Shown piece by piece: positions 1-10,234 of a stretch of 32,000 nt of DNA. A program made the position numbers and the translations under genes. The notes under the pieces are model-generated. The model saw only the letters and a list, made by a program, of their open reading frames with translations. It did not search any database and was not told the origin of the DNA. Origin of the DNA: Corynebacterium glutamicum ATCC 13032 (GTDB lineage Bacteria > Actinomycetota > Actinomycetes > Mycobacteriales > Mycobacteriaceae); NCBI RefSeq assembly GCF_000011325.1, contig NC_003450.3, positions 3,150,001-3,182,000 of the forward strand. Direction: 5' to 3'. Numbering within the stretch: the stretch's first letter is position 1; every line of letters starts with the position of its first letter.

Positions 1-1203
<1,203 letters not shown>

Positions 1204-1544
1204 AAAAACAATAAAAAAGATTGTTCAGGCCGTGAAAAGCCCAACACCTGACAAAAACAACAACACCCCCACCAACCACACACAAAGGTGACAGTTGGAG
1301 AATGGGGTGTTACTGGCATTATCAAAAAATAATGATTCTAAAAAAACACCACAACCCACATAAGGATCATCGTGCCTTCAACGTGGGCCTGAATCCCTTG
1401 ACGGGGAACAAGCAGACCCACAAAATCATGCCAACAATAAGATTATTGTTTACAGTGATGGATAAAATTGGCGATCCACCACCCGGCATGACCCACCACA
1501 CATCACCCAAGGTGATCTGTGGTAGTGACAAAAATAATAAATGG

Positions 1545-1568
1545 CACACTATTGAGTTCTCAAACAAC
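1545..1568 (-). promoter_or_regulatory. boxA-like antitermination/processing motif in the rrn leader
   Basis: RC reads GTTGTTTGAGAACTCAATAGTGTG. From memory this resembles actinobacterial rrn leader/spacer boxA-type elements. It lies ~350 nt upstream of the mature 16S 5' end, inside an A/T-rich non-coding leader (1204-1839). Confidence 0.4.
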
Positions 1569-1784
1569 ATACGCACACCATAAGAGCATCAACATTTGTT
1601 TGTGTTGGTGTCTTGTTGGCAGCTTGTTCAACGTTACTTCATCTTGTTTACTTTCACCAAATCGGTGTTTGTTGACTTCGATGAAGTGTTGTTGGTTTGT
1701 CGAGCGTTTGTTTTCCTAGATCCGCCTCACTGTCCACATAATCTCTTATGTGTTGGGGCGTTGTTGGTCGCGCTGACTGGAATT

Positions 1785-1813
1785 AATTTACACACCCGCA
1801 CAACAGTCCGCAA
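1785..1813 (-). promoter_or_regulatory. candidate rrn promoter (TTGCGG - 17 nt - TAAATT, with TGTG just upstream of the -10)
   Basis: On the minus strand ccgcaa (1808-1813) = TTGCGG, and aattta (1785-1790) = TAAATT preceded by gtgtg. The spacer is 17 nt. This rests on a pattern match alone; other promoters probably exist in 1204-1839. Confidence 0.3.
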
Positions 1814-1839
1814 CTTCCCAGGTCAAGAGGGTTTAAGCG

Positions 1840-2205
1840 CTACTTGTACAGGCCCCTACTTTCAGCGACCTGGTCTAAAAGGGCGTGAATGCGCGCACGA
1901 GTGAAACCAAGGTGGATGGATTCGTCGATAAGCGGTGCTACATAAGTAGCCGCGAAGGCGGCATCTCGCCGCTCTCGGATGAGTGCTGGGGCCTGGGCGC
2001 TGACGAACATGCCAATGCCACGCTTCTTATAGAGGATGCCGGCTTCGACAAGGAGGGTCAGGCCGTTGCGTGCGGTGGCGGGATTAATGCGATGGAACGC
2101 GGCTAGTTCATTAGTAGAAGGCACGCGTTGATCAATGCTCAAGGTTCCGTCAACGATGGAGTCCTCAATCAAAGAAGCGATCTGTTTATACAGAGGCACG
2201 GTCAC
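1840..2205 (-). CDS. GntR-family transcriptional regulator, short YtrA-like type (121 aa)
   Basis: The ORF has a GntR winged-HTH (VPSTNELAAFHRINPATARNGLTLLVEAGILYKKRGIGMFV) and only a ~50-aa C-terminal helical part. GTG start at 2205. An imperfect inverted repeat GGTTACT-catata-ACTAACC at ~2222-2241 just upstream is a possible operator. Confidence 0.85.
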   Translation of the reverse strand: MTVPLYKQIASLIEDSIVDGTLSIDQRVPSTNELAAFHRINPATARNGLTLLVEAGILYKKRGIGMFVSAQAPALIRERRDAAFAATYVAPLIDESIHLGFTRARIHALLDQVAESRGLYK

Positions 2206-2413
2206 GACGATCCCGATGGTTGGTTACTCATATAACTAACCCTATGCCTCTTTATAGCCATTAAAAACAGTATTAACGACATTACTTTCGGGTAATACCA
2301 AGTGTTATGCAGTCTCTACCCACTTAAAATGGACGCATATTCGCAAGATAAGGCATGCTTGGATGAATAGATTTTAACTCAACGTTTACTAAACAGAATC
2401 GGAATTAGGAGCC

Positions 2414-3832
2414 ATGCTTGAACGCACACAGGTATTCGTGGATACGTCCTACCTGCTCGCAAGCTTTTACAACTCTTGGGAGACAGGGGCACGTGCCCAA
2501 TTAGAAATCGACCTCCCCGAAGTAGTCGGGGTATTAGGAAGGATGATTGAACAACAACTTAAACAGCCAGTACAACGCCAAATGTGGTACGACGGAATCC
2601 CCGATTCCGGCCCCCACCGCTATCAACGAGCACTACGCACCTGCGATGGTGTGCAACTTCGTGCTGGCCAATTAATTGAATGGGGCGAACGCCGCACACA
2701 AAAGGCAGTAGATACCCGCCTTGTTGCAGACCTCGTTCTCGCAGGTGTTCGCGGACAATGCTCCGATATCGTGCTCGTCAGTGGCGACGCCGACATGATC
2801 CCCGGTGTTCAAGAAGCTGCCAATGCAGGCCTTCGCGTTCACCTCTACGGCTTCGGCTGGGATTCCATGTCCTCCCAACTGCGCCACTGCTGTGACACCA
2901 CCACCATTTTGGATCCTCGAGAAGATTTTGCTGAATGCATGCAGCTGCAGGTTCTCGAAGGTCCACTACCCCCTGTCGTTCGGGTAAAGCCCATCAACGA
3001 TGCAGAACCCATCGAGGATTTGGATTTCACTCCAGTTCCAGGCGTCGCCTCACCATTTGAAGAGGTCAGCGCGAAAGATGAGAAATTCTCTCCACGCCCA
3101 AGTGAACCTGCCGAAGCTTTGTCGGAACAGGTCTGTGAAGCGCAGTATGAGATCTCCAAACACGAAGGTCAAACCGCTGATTCAGGAGAAATCACCGAGT
3201 CTTTCGAGGCCGCTGAAATCAAGGTAACTGAGTTTTTTGGAGAACCAGCTGCTCCAGTAGCGGAATCAGGCGTAGAAGCTCCCACTCCGGAAGCTCCCAC
3301 GGTTCCTGAAGCAGCTAAGCCCACTCCGGCGAAACCTAAGACTCCAAAGGCAGAGCCCCAAAAGCAAGAATCCCCCAAGCCGGGAACTCCAAAACCAAAA
3401 GCTCCAAGCCCTGCGGATATTCCACCGAAAGCCCCAGCTGACACTGAGGAACATTCGGAAGTCGAAGCTGAAATCGAGGACTCACGTCCAAAGATCCCCA
3501 GCCCTTCGATGATGGCTCCCCGCCGCAAGCTTCGTTCCCGCTACGTTCCGCTTCCCAACGAAGTGTGGGCAACAGCAGGATTCCAAACTCCTTACGATGT
3601 CGGGCAACAGTACGCATCGTGGTGGTTTGAAAACGCAGCTACCAGCACTCAAAGAGATCAGGCTCATCTATTGTCTGGTGGCGGACTTCCACCAGAGATC
3701 GATCGCCCGCTTCTGCAGTTTGCTTGTGAAACTCTCCACGAATACACCCTGACTGAAGCGCAGCGCGTAGCTTTACGCGATGGCTTTCACTCCGGAATCC
3801 GTGGTGTATTGCTCAACCAGCGAGATAGCTAG
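2414..3832 (+). CDS. NYN (LabA/PIN-like) domain protein with long Pro/Glu/Ala/Lys-rich linker and conserved-looking C-terminal domain
   Basis: 472-aa ORF with AGGAG immediately upstream of the ATG. The N-terminal ~180 aa show NYN hallmarks (VFVDTSYL..., DTRLVADLV, IVLVSGDADMIPGV). Residues ~200-360 are low complexity (PEAPTVPEAAKPTPAKPKTPKAEPQKQESPKPGTPKPKAP). The C-terminal ~110 aa are globular-looking. Confidence 0.85.
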   Translation: MLERTQVFVDTSYLLASFYNSWETGARAQLEIDLPEVVGVLGRMIEQQLKQPVQRQMWYDGIPDSGPHRYQRALRTCDGVQLRAGQLIEWGERRTQKAVDTRLVADLVLAGVRGQCSDIVLVSGDADMIPGVQEAANAGLRVHLYGFGWDSMSSQLRHCCDTTTILDPREDFAECMQLQVLEGPLPPVVRVKPINDAEPIEDLDFTPVPGVASPFEEVSAKDEKFSPRPSEPAEALSEQVCEAQYEISKHEGQTADSGEITESFEAAEIKVTEFFGEPAAPVAESGVEAPTPEAPTVPEAAKPTPAKPKTPKAEPQKQESPKPGTPKPKAPSPADIPPKAPADTEEHSEVEAEIEDSRPKIPSPSMMAPRRKLRSRYVPLPNEVWATAGFQTPYDVGQQYASWWFENAATSTQRDQAHLLSGGGLPPEIDRPLLQFACETLHEYTLTEAQRVALRDGFHSGIRGVLLNQRDS

Positions 3833-3838
3833 AATCAC

Positions 3839-3882
3839 AAAAAACTGGGGCTAATTCCTTTCGGAGTTAGCCCCAGTTTTTT
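3839..3882. terminator. bidirectional intrinsic terminator shared by the convergent NYN and pspA genes
   Basis: AAAAAA-CTGGGGCTAA-ttcctttcggag-TTAGCCCCAG-TTTTTT. The stem is a perfect 10 bp (3845-3854 / 3867-3876), flanked by an A-run on one side and a T-run on the other. Confidence 0.85.
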
Positions 3883-3891
3883 GTGTTTAGG

Positions 3892-4767
3892 TTATTTCTT
3901 CTCGGACTCGTCTGCGGATGCTTCTGGAGCATCAGCTTCTGGGCTTGCGGTTTCTGGGGTAGCTGAAGGGGTGGAGGTTTCGTCGATAAGTTCTTCCGCA
4001 TCCTCGACACCTGCCTCTAGCTGGCCCTTAGGCGTTGCGGACGTGCCCAGCGCCTCCGCGCGAAGTTCAGCCAAACGAGCTGACGCCCGCATATCGGTGC
4101 CGGACTGCGCAATCTCAGCCATGCGATCACTAACAGTGTTCTGGGTAAGTTCCTGCGCGCCCAAAGCATCTGCGTATCGACGCTCGATCTTCTCACGCAC
4201 CGCATCAAGGGTAGGAACAGAAGAATCCTGAGTGCCAAACTGATTCAAAGAATCCATAGACTTAGTGACACTTTCCTGCATCTTCGCCTGATCAGCCTGC
4301 GCACGTAGAGCATCAATCTGAGACATCTGCTCTTTCAGGCGCATCTCAGACTCTTTAGACTTCGCAACAGCATCCTTCGCCGCAACCTCAGCCTGCTGAT
4401 GAAGCGCAGTAGTCTGCTCCAACTGCTGTTCCACAGCTACCAACTGGGAAGCAAAAACCTCAGCAGTGTTGTTGAACTCCTGAGCCTTAACACTGTCGCC
4501 TTCGTTTGCGGACTTATCTGCCAACTGAATTGCCTGACGAGCCTGTTCCTGCAACTTATCGCGGTCAGTAACCAAGCGGTTCAATTTCATCTCAAGCTGC
4601 TTCTGCTGACCGATAATCTGAGAAGCGTGCTGCATAATCTGCTGGTGCTGCTTCTGGGCAGCTTCTGTAGCTTGCTGAATTTGGATCTTTGGATCTGCAT
4701 TCTCATCGATCTTGTTGTCGAACGATGCCATGAGATACTTCCAGCCCTTGCTGAGCGGATTAGCCAT
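3892..4767 (-). CDS. pspA: PspA/IM30-family coiled-coil protein (I believe this is the C. glutamicum protein described as RsmP; unverified)
   Basis: 291-aa ORF. The N-terminus MANPLSKGWKYLMASFDNKIDENADPKIQIQQA and the Q/E/A/L-rich heptad body closely resemble, from memory, mycobacterial PspA (35-kDa antigen). It has an acidic S/T/P/E C-terminal tail. Confidence 0.9.
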   Translation of the reverse strand: MANPLSKGWKYLMASFDNKIDENADPKIQIQQATEAAQKQHQQIMQHASQIIGQQKQLEMKLNRLVTDRDKLQEQARQAIQLADKSANEGDSVKAQEFNNTAEVFASQLVAVEQQLEQTTALHQQAEVAAKDAVAKSKESEMRLKEQMSQIDALRAQADQAKMQESVTKSMDSLNQFGTQDSSVPTLDAVREKIERRYADALGAQELTQNTVSDRMAEIAQSGTDMRASARLAELRAEALGTSATPKGQLEAGVEDAEELIDETSTPSATPETASPEADAPEASADESEKK

Positions 4768-4797
4768 TATCAGTCACTTCCCTGAGGTTTTAGTTAC

Positions 4798-4817
4798 GTG
4801 TGTCTAAGTGTGTCTAA
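4798..4817. repeat. perfect tandem duplication GTGTGTCTAA x2 in the pspA upstream region
   Basis: 4798-4807 and 4808-4817 are identical. On the pspA strand this reads TTAGACACAC TTAGACACAC, 31-50 nt upstream of the start codon. Confidence 0.9.
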
Positions 4818-5136
4818 TTGAAAAATCATTTCTGCGCCCGCAAGCAAATCACTGAATCCGATTCGCTGCTCAGAACCCGAGTCTACGCAAAACTGCACTC
4901 TGCTGAACGCTCATTTGAAAAAATGGGGGATGGTTCGGGGTCTTCATCAGGGGTGAAGGTGGTGCGCCCTTAGGTTTGGAGGGACTTCGTAAGATTCCGG
5001 CTTTACTTCGGGCGTCACTTCAGGCCTGTATCGCCAGTTTTGGCCTTGGCGCCCGCGATTTCGCCCCAGACGACCTCAATTCAAGGGGGTCCAATCCTAA
5101 AACCGGACTAAAACCAGACTGTAAAGTGTCAGCACG

Positions 5137-5218
5137 TTGTGCACACTCAATATCATATCCTTGCGCACGCCCGATCCCACTAGGTTGTGCACACACAAAG
5201 CCACAGCAGTGTGCACAC
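5137..5218. repeat. four 10-bp motifs with exact 24-bp phasing in the IS subterminal region (core palindrome TGTGCACA)
   Basis: TTGTGCACAC at 5137, TTGCGCACGC at 5161, TTGTGCACAC at 5185 and GTGTGCACAC at 5209. The same core sits in the right IR (6741-6748). Confidence 0.85.
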
Positions 5219-5243
5219 CAACCCTCACCCTCGGGACAAGTTT

Positions 5244-6698
5244 CTAGCGCAGTAGATCCCCCGGATCTATCGACTTAAATCGCTTCTCAGCCTCATCACG
5301 TTTGCGTTGCCACAACAGCGTCGGGTGTTGCATCCACACCCCACGAATGTTGTAAGAACTGATATACGACTTACCCCGGGCAATCGCCACAACCGGCAAC
5401 GAAATCAACAACTCAAGCTCCCCGGTTATCGCATCCCAGAAACCAAGCTCAGTTGCCGTCACCGTCCGATAAAACTCCCTGTCCCTCATCGTACGAGGAA
5501 CAGAAATACGCATCCCCTGGAACACCACCTTCTGATTATTCCCAGCAAACGTAAACACATCAGGATCCACCGGCTTTTTACCAAAACGACGTACCCGTCG
5601 ACGTTGCTCGGTCTGCTGCATCTTAGACACCGGAACAGATTCCTCCTGCCGAACAAGCGAGACATCTGATTGCTTCTCAATTCGACGACGGGCATAGTGA
5701 TCAGCTTGCTGTTGAAGCACGACGGGATCAATCGGGGGTTGTTGCTCCACACACCCCACAATCTCCCAGGCCGCAGCCGGAGTGAGATTATTCGGCAACC
5801 CCTGATGTGGACGACGATTGTTGCAATGATCACGGAACTGTTCAATATAGTGCGCACATTCCTCAAGTGTGTGTGGTTGATGAGCTTGAAGGAAACGAAA
5901 TAGTGTGCGGTGGCCGCGTTCGTTTTTACCTTGGGTTTGAGGATGCCCAGGCTTGCCGGTAATGCTTAAACACCCCACCGTCGCGAGATAGCTTTCCAAA
6001 CTTCCGACGTATCCTTGCCGCATCCGGTTAAACGCTGAGCCGTTATCACTGAGTAATTCATGCGGGGCACCAAAATGAGCAATCGCTTGTTCTAGCACTG
6101 TTCGGGCATCGACTGAGTTTTCATTCGCGGGAAAGACACAGGTTCCGACATCAAACCGAGTGGCATCATCAAGGATTTGATAGATCGTTACCCGAGTCAG
6201 ATCACTATCGTGCAGCGTGTAAATGAAACCATCTATTTGCCACATTTCCATAGCTTGACCTCGTTGAAACCTCACCACCGACGACTTTGGTCGCTTCTTA
6301 GGGTTACTTTCGACTGCTCCTGCAGCGCGTAACAAGCAAGCGATAGTTGAGACGGATGGAATCGGTGCAGTCAGTTCCCCGGTGGCGATGCCTTCGAATC
6401 GGATAGAGATCGGACCGTATTCCCATCCTTGGGCTTTCAGGCGGTGCGCGGATGGCCAACAAGATACTGGTGATGGATTCATCGTATGTTCGCCGGGAGG
6501 TGATCTGGGCGCTGGAGCGTGGATGCAGCGCTGCACTGGCATCTTGTTGGTATCGGTTGCGGATGTTGTAGAAGCTGCGCCGCGATATTTTAAGCCGACT
6601 GCAGAACTCTTCGATCGAGGGACTGTTCGGTGCGAACAGATCGAAATCGATGATCTTGCATCGGGTTTCTGGGGGCAGGGGTTTAGGTATGATCTCAA
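5244..6698 (-). CDS. DDE (rve/integrase-core) transposase, IS481-like; N-terminal HTH lies in a different frame (frame-disrupted or recoded)
   Basis: Catalytic-region motifs WQIDGF...LSDNGSAF...HPQTQGKNERGHRTL are in this frame from ~6440 downward. The HTH (SIEEFCSRLKISRRSFYNIRNRYQQDASAALHPRS...ITSILLAIRA) is in the frame of ORF 6304-7374. The junction is at ~6443-6450. The first 'M' of the listed ORF is a TTG codon. Confidence 0.8.
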   Translation of the reverse strand: MRSYLNPCPQKPDARSSISICSHRTVPRSKSSAVGLKYRGAASTTSATDTNKMPVQRCIHAPAPRSPPGEHTMNPSPVSCWPSAHRLKAQGWEYGPISIRFEGIATGELTAPIPSVSTIACLLRAAGAVESNPKKRPKSSVVRFQRGQAMEMWQIDGFIYTLHDSDLTRVTIYQILDDATRFDVGTCVFPANENSVDARTVLEQAIAHFGAPHELLSDNGSAFNRMRQGYVGSLESYLATVGCLSITGKPGHPQTQGKNERGHRTLFRFLQAHQPHTLEECAHYIEQFRDHCNNRRPHQGLPNNLTPAAAWEIVGCVEQQPPIDPVVLQQQADHYARRRIEKQSDVSLVRQEESVPVSKMQQTEQRRRVRRFGKKPVDPDVFTFAGNNQKVVFQGMRISVPRTMRDREFYRTVTATELGFWDAITGELELLISLPVVAIARGKSYISSYNIRGVWMQHPTLLWQRKRDEAEKRFKSIDPGDLLR

Positions 6699-6766
6699 TT
6701 GTGAGCAGCCGAGGACTATGCCTGTGGTGAAGGTCTAGGGTGTGCACAAGGTCATGACACAAAACA

Positions 6767-7937
6767 TCACGTAACCGCACCCCTGTCCACCGGGCGGTAG
6801 CTGACCAGCCCTGCATGCACGTGTGGACGGCGACATACGAGGTCTGCGGCAGCTCCCGCAGATCGTCGAGGGTGATGGTTTTCTCGGTGCCGTTGGGATC
6901 GTCGCCGAGGGTGATGGTGTATCCCTCCCACTCGTTGTCGCGGGCGGCGATCCACTCGGGGGATTCATCATCGGTCGGCGGCAGGCCATTGGTCCAGTGG
7001 AACTGCGAGATGTCCTTGTCCGTGTAGGTGTTCTGCCTGCTCATCCGGGGACGCAGCCGGTTGAGGAAGATTTTGCGTCCGATCTCCGTGATGCTGGCGG
7101 TGAACCGCTGGGCGCGGGCCCGGTCAGCCAGCGACCAATAGCTGAGCACGATCCAGAACAACACCACCATGACGATGGTGGTGATCACGATGATGTAGGC
7201 CTGCGCCGCACGGTCAGTGTTCATATCGCCGAAGACCATGTGGACCATGTTGTAGTCGCCATGGACCAAAAAACCAGGCCGACGTGCATGATGACAAAGC
7301 CCGTCATCAACACCATGGCGATGAAGTGCAGGGAACGTGCACCCTGGTGGCCGCCGAAGAGTTTGACGTACCACGGGAAGCGGGACCGGATGGCCGGGGC
7401 CATCGCTATTCCGGTGAGGATGAGAAACGGCGCCAGGATAAAGATGACGAAGGTGTAGCCCAGCATTTGCAAGGCGTCATAGGGGGGTGAAGTGCTCGAT
7501 GCCTGGGGCACGAAAGCCCAGGTAAACCTTCAATGTCTCCCACGCCTCGGGGAAGACGTCCCAGGAGGTGGGGATAATGCCTTGCCACAGCCCGGTGGCG
7601 AACAGCAGAACGACGTAGACGATGCCGTTGAGCACCCGCAACATCGTCGACAGACCGTGCCAGTGTCGGCCCAGGCCGATGTTCTCCCGACCCGGCAGAC
7701 CGATCAACGGGGAAAGGGACTTCTCGTCCATCAGTGAGGTGTAGACCCTTCCTCCTTGGGCAGTTTGCATTTGGTGACCCGGAGCCATTCCGTGCCCGGG
7801 GCGCAGTCATTGCGCCACCACAACCGCGGCATGGACGACAGAATCTCCCACCCGGAGCGCAATAGCATGCCGATGAGAACGAAATTGATCAGGTGCGTGG
7901 CCCGCAGCCACAGGGGGAAATCTGGGTTGATCTCCAC
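6767..7937 (-). pseudogene. cytochrome b (MsrQ/YedZ-like) - molybdopterin oxidoreductase (MsrP/YedY/sulfite-oxidase-like) fusion gene, three frameshifts and 3' end cut off by the IS
   Basis: Four successive minus-strand ORF pieces (7937-7731, 7788-7477, 7511-7221, 7374-6767) read through as one protein. It runs MEINPDFPLWLRATHLINF...GLPGRENIGLGRHWH...YDALQMLGYTFVIFILAPF...HFIAMVLMTGFVIMHVGLVF, then HWTNGLPPTDD...VAVHTCMQGWSATARWTGVRLRD. The frame changes at 7746-7748 (GGG), 7482-7487 (G6) and 7268-7273 (A6). The reading frame runs straight into the IS terminus at 6766. Confidence 0.8.
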
Positions 7938-8010
7938 GGATTACTCCTTAAATCGTGACCGTCAATAGCTACATACAATGGAAAATTACGTATGATGCGT
8001 CTCACGCTAA

Positions 8011-8838
<828 letters not shown>

Positions 8839-9078
8839 CAGTGGTGGCCTACTCGGTAGTCGTCTTCTCAGAAAACATCTCATAGCACCAGTGTGGTTAC
8901 CTGCCGGAGGAGAAACGAGTAGTCAGCCGGACCATAACTGGCGACCGCCTGGGGCAGCGGTCCATCCAGGCCCCGGATGGTCTGCAAGGAGGTCGGCGCC
9001 GATCACTTCGTCCAGGCGTCGACGAAAACGCCCAGCCACCACAAAACCCGCATTCCCCCTTTTCTGTCCCGAGGCACC

Positions 9079-9801
9079 TCAGACTGCGGCCCCGAACAAA
9101 ACACCGACACCGTAGGTCAGGGCCAGGCCGAGGGCACCACCGATCACCAGGCGCCCGCACGCGCGCATTGGGGAGGTACCCGAGATCTGGGCTGAGATGA
9201 ACCCGGTCACCGCCAGGACCAGCAGCGTGACTACGAAGACCACGCCGGCGTCCCAGCCTGCAGGGGCGATGAATACCGACACCATCGGCAGCAGTGCTCC
9301 GAGCAGGAAAGCCACGGCCGAGGAGAAGGCGGCGGCCAAGGGGCTGGTCAGTTGCTCATTATCAATACCGAGCTCGAGCTGAAGGTGGGCGCCCAAGGCG
9401 TCGCCCTGCCCGATCTCGGTGGCCGCCTGGTTCGCAGTCTCAGGGGAGATGCCGTAGGAGTGTAGGATCTCCGACAGCTCGACGTGCTCGGCCGTCGGGT
9501 CTTCGGCCAGCTCCTTCGCTTCTTTTGCGATGAGCACCCGTTCGGTATCACGCTGTGAGGAGACAGAGACGTACTCACCGAGAGCCATAGATACCGCCCC
9601 CGCGATCGTTGAGGCCAAACCAGCGCCGAACACGACGGTGTCACTGGCGCCGGTGGCGATCACACCGAGCAGTAGCGCAGCAATGGAGACGATACCGTCA
9701 TTAGCACCCAGCACACCGGCACGCAGAGTATTCATACGATTGTGGTGGCTGGGTACGTGCGGTTCGTGCAGGGGGTGAGCGGTGTTAGTGGAGATGATCA
9801 T
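9079..9801 (-). CDS. VIT1/CCC1-family (iron/manganese) membrane transporter
   Basis: The sequence RAGVLGANDGIVSIAALLLGV...MALGEYVSVSSQRD...cytoplasmic helical insert...three C-terminal TM segments is the typical VIT-family layout. ATG at 9801 (MIISTNTAHPL...). Confidence 0.85.
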   Translation of the reverse strand: MIISTNTAHPLHEPHVPSHHNRMNTLRAGVLGANDGIVSIAALLLGVIATGASDTVVFGAGLASTIAGAVSMALGEYVSVSSQRDTERVLIAKEAKELAEDPTAEHVELSEILHSYGISPETANQAATEIGQGDALGAHLQLELGIDNEQLTSPLAAAFSSAVAFLLGALLPMVSVFIAPAGWDAGVVFVVTLLVLAVTGFISAQISGTSPMRACGRLVIGGALGLALTYGVGVLFGAAV

Positions 9802-9828
9802 CAGTCCTTTATCGGTGCAGGAGACCCT

Positions 9829-9843
9829 ATAAGCACAGCTTAT
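9829..9843. promoter_or_regulatory. perfect palindrome ATAAGC-aca-GCTTAT upstream of the VIT gene (possible operator)
   Basis: It lies 28-42 nt upstream of the VIT start codon and overlaps a TATAGG -10-like hexamer on the minus strand. I do not recognise a cognate regulator. Confidence 0.3.
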
Positions 9844-9983
9844 TAAGGGCCTAGTTTTCCCACAACGAAGCAGAGCCAACCCTCGCCGTCTTTCGGGGCT
9901 AATCTCTTCGTTGACACGTCCCGTTACTCTCCGGGAGATCTCCTGGAACGTGGACTCCGGCCTCGAGATGCGAGAAGAGGCAC

Positions 9984-10205
9984 CTACTCATGCTCAAGCA
10001 TGCGGTAGAGGGGGGCCGGTTGACTTTGTCCTCGCGGGCGACCTGGCCCTTGGGTACGTGGGCCACGATCTTTTCCATGATCACCTGGGGTTGCTCGTTA
10101 TCGAACTTCGTGCCCCTGACGTTGTTAGCGGTTGGCCGCCTTAACCAGGTCGATACCCTCGGCCTGGCACTCATGGATCCGATAACGCTCGAACTCCACG
10201 AAGGG
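9984..10205 (-). pseudogene. serine recombinase (resolvase) remnant, C-terminal part only, frameshifted
   Basis: The minus strand reads ...FVEFERYRIHECQAEGIDLVKAANR*. After frame changes it continues ...NVRGTKFDNEQPQVIMEKIVAHVPKGQVAREDKVNRPP / LYRMLEHE*, which is the AEFER...ERQ.EGI motif plus the HTH tail. One frame break is at the G6 run 10010-10015. Confidence 0.6.
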
Positions 10206-10234
10206 AGCCGAGGAGGGTGAATTACTCCTGGAGA

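Larger units (their letters stand above)
5120..6766 (-). mobile_element. IS481-like insertion sequence (1647 bp), possibly an ISCg5-type element
   Basis: Imperfect terminal inverted repeats start with TGT. The left end at 5120 reads TGTAAAGTGTCAGCACGTTGTGCACAC. The RC of the right end at 6766 reads TGTTTTGTGTCATGACCTTGTGCACAC. 23 of 32 positions match. The element encloses an rve/DDE transposase gene. Confidence 0.8.

Noticed and set aside
1302-1904. Several 60-100-aa ORFs on both strands between the 16S gene and the GntR gene
   Set aside because: The region is the A/T-rich rrn leader/promoter. The ORFs have no SD sequences, show odd composition, and overlap each other. None looks like a real protein.
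2126-2145. TTGATCAATGCTCAA, and TTGATCGTGATGGTCAA at ~12314-12330, as additional FNR-type boxes
   Set aside because: The half-site spacing is wrong (not N4). The first is inside the GntR coding region and the second has no downstream gene or -10 hexamer at the class-II distance.
3000-3530. Possible DNA repeat array, or an overlapping gene (119-aa antisense ORF 3169-3528), in the repetitive part of the NYN gene
   Set aside because: The repetitiveness is at the amino-acid level (PEAP/PKPK low complexity) without regular DNA repeat-spacer structure, so it is not a CRISPR or tandem array. The antisense ORF is a Gly/Ala/Ser shadow of the Pro/Glu/Ala-rich frame.
8840-9078. Minus-strand reading ...SLQTIRGLDGPLPQAVASYGPADYSFLLRQVTTLVL* suggesting the tail of a lost gene between the methyltransferase and the VIT gene
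   Set aside because: It looks protein-like, but it is only ~35 codons long, has no start, needs a frameshift to extend, and I cannot name a family. I left it unannotated.
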